A DNA stretch of 41,377 nucleotides from Tannerellaceae bacterium (lineage in GTDB: Bacteria > Bacteroidota > Bacteroidia > Bacteroidales > Tannerellaceae). Positions within the stretch are counted from its first letter, which is position 1, and every line of letters begins with the position of its first letter. Of the stretch, positions 38,010 through 41,377 are shown piece after piece. The DNA is taken from assembly GCA_031267205.1 (NCBI GenBank), contig JAIRZN010000040.1, forward strand, positions 1 through 41,377, given 5' to 3'. A program made the translations under genes and the position numbers. The notes under the pieces are model-generated. The model did not search any database. It had not been told where the DNA came from and saw only the letters and a list, made by a program, of their open reading frames with translations.

Positions 38010-40136
38010 ATGACAAAATCATTCCATTCCTTGATTTCGGACAGCTTAAATATTCCGGAAAGGCAAGTTGAAAAAACAATCGGGCTGCTCAACGAAGGAG
38101 CCACCATCCCCTTTATTAGTCGTTATCGCAAGGAAGTGACAGGCGGACTTGACGAAGTGCAAATCAGCAACATAAACGACAGGTTAGAAAAACTCACCGA
38201 GCTCGCAAAACGCAAGGATACCATCCTCGCGTCCATCGAGGAACAGGGTAAAATGACGCCGGAACTCAAAAAACGTATCGAGGAAACATGGGACGGCACC
38301 GTCCTCGAAGACATTTACCTCCCCTTCAAACCGAAACGTGTTACCAGGGCCGAAATCGCTCGCAAACGGGGGCTCGAACCGCTGGCCGACTTAATCATGC
38401 GCCAGAAGGACAGCGAACTTGCCCCGCACCTCAAAACTTTTATCAACGACGAGGTAAAAGACGAAAAAGAGGCCCTCCAAGGCGCGCGCGACATTATCGC
38501 CGAACGTGTCAACGAAAACGAGGACGCGCGCAACGCCGTGCGTAATTCCTTCGCGCGAACGGCCGTCATAACCGCCAAAGTCGTGAAAGGCAAAGAAGAC
38601 GACGGCGATAAATACCGTGATTACTTCGATTTTAACGACACACTGAACCGCTGCAGCTCGCATCGCCTCCTGGCCATCAGGCGCGGGGAAGCGGAAGGCA
38701 TCCTGCGCGTAAGCATATCCCCGGACGCCGAAAAGTGCATAGAAAACCTCAATAAACGATTCGTAAAACAACAAAACGAATCCTCCAAACACGTAGCCGA
38801 AGCCGTCGGCGACGCTTTTAAGCGTCTGCTCAAACCTTCGATCGAAACCGAATACGCTAACCTCAGCAAAGCCAAAGCCGACAACGAAGCCATCCGCGTC
38901 TTCGCGGAAAACCTGCGCCAACTCCTGCTCGCTCCTCCGCTTGGACAGAAAAGGACGCTCGGCATCGACCCCGGATACCGCACCGGATGCAAACTCGTAT
39001 GCCTTGACGCTCAGGGTAATTTGCTGCACAACGAAACCATTTACCCGCACCCGCCGCGCAACGAGGCAGGCAAAGCGGCGACGAAACTCTCGCACCTCGT
39101 CTCGACATACGACATCGACGCCATCGCCGTCGGCAACGGCACCGCAAGCCGAGAAACGGAACAATTCGTCACCGCCGTCGCGTTCGACCGCAAGGTGCAG
39201 GTGTTTGTCGTCAGCGAAAACGGCGCGTCGATATATTCGGCCTCAAAGACGGCCCGCGACGAGTTCCCCGAACACGACGTCACCGTGCGCGGCGCCGTCA
39301 GCATCGCCAGGCGACTGATGGACCCGTTAGCCGAACTGGTCAAGATCGACCCGAAAAGCATAGGCGTAGGGCAGTACCAACACGATGTCGACCAGGGCCT
39401 GCTCAAGAAAAGCCTCGACCGGACAGTCGAAAACTGCGTTAACTCCGTCGGCGTCAACGTCAACACAGCCAGTATGCACCTGCTAACATATATATCCGGC
39501 CTCGGCCCGGCCCTGGCGCAAAACATCGTGAATTACCGCGCCGCAAACGGCCCGTTCAATGCGCGGAAAGAACTAATGAAGGTGCCGCGAATGGGGGAGA
39601 AGGCGTTTGAACAAAGCGCGGGCTTCCTGCGTATCAACAACGGCGACAACCCCTTAGACAACTCCGCCGTACACCCCGAAAGCTATCCGGTAGTCGAATC
39701 CATGGCGCGCGACCTGAATTGCTCCGTCCGTGAACTTATCACCGACAAGGAGCTTAAGAAAAAGCTCAACCTCGAAAATTACCTCTCCGAAAAAGTCGGG
39801 ATGCCGACGCTGACAGACATCATCGAGGAGCTCGACAAGCCGGGACGCGACCCGCGGCAGTCGATACACGTATTCACCTTCGACCGCTCAATCCGAAACA
39901 TAGACGACCTCAGCGAAGGCCTCGTCCTGCCGGGAATCGTGACAAACGTAACCAACTTCGGCTGTTTTGTCGACATAGGAATAAAAGAAAACGGGATGGT
40001 ACATATTTCGGAGATGGCCGACCGTTTTATCACCGACCCGGCCCGCATCGTGTCCGTACACCAGCAAGTTAAGGTCAAAATCATAGGCATAGACCGCGAA
40101 CGGAAGCGCGTCAAGCTCTCCATGCGCGGCTTGTGA
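38010..40136 (+). CDS. tex: Tex family RNA-binding transcriptional accessory protein
   Basis: GATIPFISRYRKE, LGIDPGYRTGCK, GASIYSAS, IGVGQYQHDV, C-terminal S1 domain. Confidence 0.95.
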   Translation: MTKSFHSLISDSLNIPERQVEKTIGLLNEGATIPFISRYRKEVTGGLDEVQISNINDRLEKLTELAKRKDTILASIEEQGKMTPELKKRIEETWDGTVLEDIYLPFKPKRVTRAEIARKRGLEPLADLIMRQKDSELAPHLKTFINDEVKDEKEALQGARDIIAERVNENEDARNAVRNSFARTAVITAKVVKGKEDDGDKYRDYFDFNDTLNRCSSHRLLAIRRGEAEGILRVSISPDAEKCIENLNKRFVKQQNESSKHVAEAVGDAFKRLLKPSIETEYANLSKAKADNEAIRVFAENLRQLLLAPPLGQKRTLGIDPGYRTGCKLVCLDAQGNLLHNETIYPHPPRNEAGKAATKLSHLVSTYDIDAIAVGNGTASRETEQFVTAVAFDRKVQVFVVSENGASIYSASKTARDEFPEHDVTVRGAVSIARRLMDPLAELVKIDPKSIGVGQYQHDVDQGLLKKSLDRTVENCVNSVGVNVNTASMHLLTYISGLGPALAQNIVNYRAANGPFNARKELMKVPRMGEKAFEQSAGFLRINNGDNPLDNSAVHPESYPVVESMARDLNCSVRELITDKELKKKLNLENYLSEKVGMPTLTDIIEELDKPGRDPRQSIHVFTFDRSIRNIDDLSEGLVLPGIVTNVTNFGCFVDIGIKENGMVHISEMADRFITDPARIVSVHQQVKVKIIGIDRERKRVKLSMRGL

Positions 40137-40144
40137 CGGAGGCA

Positions 40145-41077
40145 TTATTTCCTCATCGTCTTGTCGATGCCGAACTTCTCCGCAGAATGATGCTTGCCGT
40201 AAGGCTCAATGTGCACCACGATGTCGTAAACATTTTCAATGGAATCCTTAATGCTCTCCTCGACAGCATCCGCGATGCCGTGCGCCTCGTTCAGGCTGAT
40301 GTTCCCATCCGCCTCAACGTCAAGATCTATCATATACATGTTGCCGATCAGGCGCGAACGCACGCGGTGGGGATTTGTGGCGCCGGGTACCCTGTCGACG
40401 GCCTCAAAAATCTTGTCGTAGACCGACAAATCCTTCACCCCGTCCATCAGCTCCACGTTTGAATCCATAAAAATACCGACCGACGAGCGGATGATAAACA
40501 GGCTGACGATCAACCCCGTGACCGCATCCAGCACCGGCAGCCTGAGCGCAAATGTAAAAAGCAGCCCCAGCAGCACGCTCGTTGAGATAACAACATCGTT
40601 ACGCATATTCTTAGCGTTGGCCGTCAGCATCGAACTATTTATCGCCCGCCCCATCCGGTACTGGTAGAGCGCCAAACCAAGTTTGCCGAAGATAGAAAAC
40701 ACCGTTACATATATCGCAATCGCAGCCGGCATCTCGCGCGCGGCGGGGGAGATTATTTTCTGTATCGACGAGACAAGCATCTGTATTCCTGCGTAGAAAA
40801 TAACGAGTGAAAGTATCTTTGTAGCAATACTCTCCGCCTTTTCGTATCCGTAGACATACTTGGACGACGGCGGCCTGTTCATAATCCGCGCCGTGAAGAT
40901 CATAACGATGGATATGACAACATCGGTAGCCGAATCAATCCCGTCGCCCAGCACAGCCAAGCTACCAGACAACAACCCCACAACGACCTTAGATATAGAG
41001 AGCAACGCATTACCGATCGTACTCACCCACGACGTCTTGATCAATATTTTTTCTTTAGAAATCAATTTGTTACCCAT
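40145..41077 (-). CDS. Cation diffusion facilitator family transporter (FieF-like)
   Basis: GSLAVLGDGIDS, YGYEKAE, RNDV, EAH.IA..VE, VHIEP; start 41077 or 41089 (ORF-track extension to 41311 runs through repeats). Confidence 0.9.
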   Translation of the reverse strand: MGNKLISKEKILIKTSWVSTIGNALLSISKVVVGLLSGSLAVLGDGIDSATDVVISIVMIFTARIMNRPPSSKYVYGYEKAESIATKILSLVIFYAGIQMLVSSIQKIISPAAREMPAAIAIYVTVFSIFGKLGLALYQYRMGRAINSSMLTANAKNMRNDVVISTSVLLGLLFTFALRLPVLDAVTGLIVSLFIIRSSVGIFMDSNVELMDGVKDLSVYDKIFEAVDRVPGATNPHRVRSRLIGNMYMIDLDVEADGNISLNEAHGIADAVEESIKDSIENVYDIVVHIEPYGKHHSAEKFGIDKTMRK

Positions 41078-41099
41078 TAAGCCAAACATTATTTTGATC

Positions 41100-41377
41100 C
41101 CCAAAGATAACATTTTCCAAGCAAACCACCCCCGTCCCCCCCTCCCCGCACACTCATTTAAAAGGAAAACCCCGCCCCCCCCAAAAACCAACCCATCCCC
41201 AACAAAACCCCCAATTCCGCCACCCCAAGCGAACCATTTCCAATAAAAAAACCAAACATTCCGCCCCAAATGAGACATTCTTAATATAAAAAAATACATT
41301 TGTCGCCTCAAAATCCAAATTTTTAGCAGGAAACCAAGTTTGCCGCCCCCAACGAGCCATTTTCAAGCAGGAAAACA
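41100..41377. repeat. Degenerate ~41-42-bp repeats related to arrays A/B linkers, truncated by window edge
   Basis: CCCCAACGAGCCATTTTCAAG (41347-41367) resembles array A CCCCAACGAACCTTTTTCAAG; AGCAGGAAA at 41325 and 41366. Confidence 0.55.

Noticed and set aside
41078-41311. N-terminal extension of the CDF transporter
   Set aside because: Low-complexity Gly/Trp/Phe translation of the degenerate repeat region.

Overview
Chromosomal window from a GC-rich Bacteroidales bacterium. This is inferred from gene content, the lpxC-fabZ fusion, a T9SS-type C-terminal domain and recurring TAnnTTTG -7 promoter boxes. It starts in the 3' part of a conjugative-transposon traM gene with no traN after it. 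The rest is mostly housekeeping: ThuA-like lipoprotein, isolated hypF, a minus-strand block (Yip1, smpB, Gate-domain protein, metH, TRIC-family protein, asparaginase, MBL hydrolase), tcdA, dapB-lepB-S26-wbqC, HAD/hotdog fusion-menF-menD, ahpCF, prolyl oligopeptidase, tsaB, a T9SS cargo, purM-prfA-pyrF, lpxD-lpxC/fabZ-lpxA, miaA, tex and a CDF transporter. The unexplained structure is non-coding: five intergenic tandem arrays of 21- or 42-bp period (594-720, 12410-12885, 12955-13515, 24395-25070, ~41100-end). Four of them are each built on a different palindromic core, and all lie upstream of genes. Two are paralogues, each next to a copy of the last 43 bp of tcdA, with the same order of linker types but different cores. 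There is also a candidate ~80-nt sRNA (promoter plus terminator) between miaA and tex. No CRISPR-Cas, transposase, integrase, tRNA or rRNA was seen. All calls are from motif recognition without database searches.
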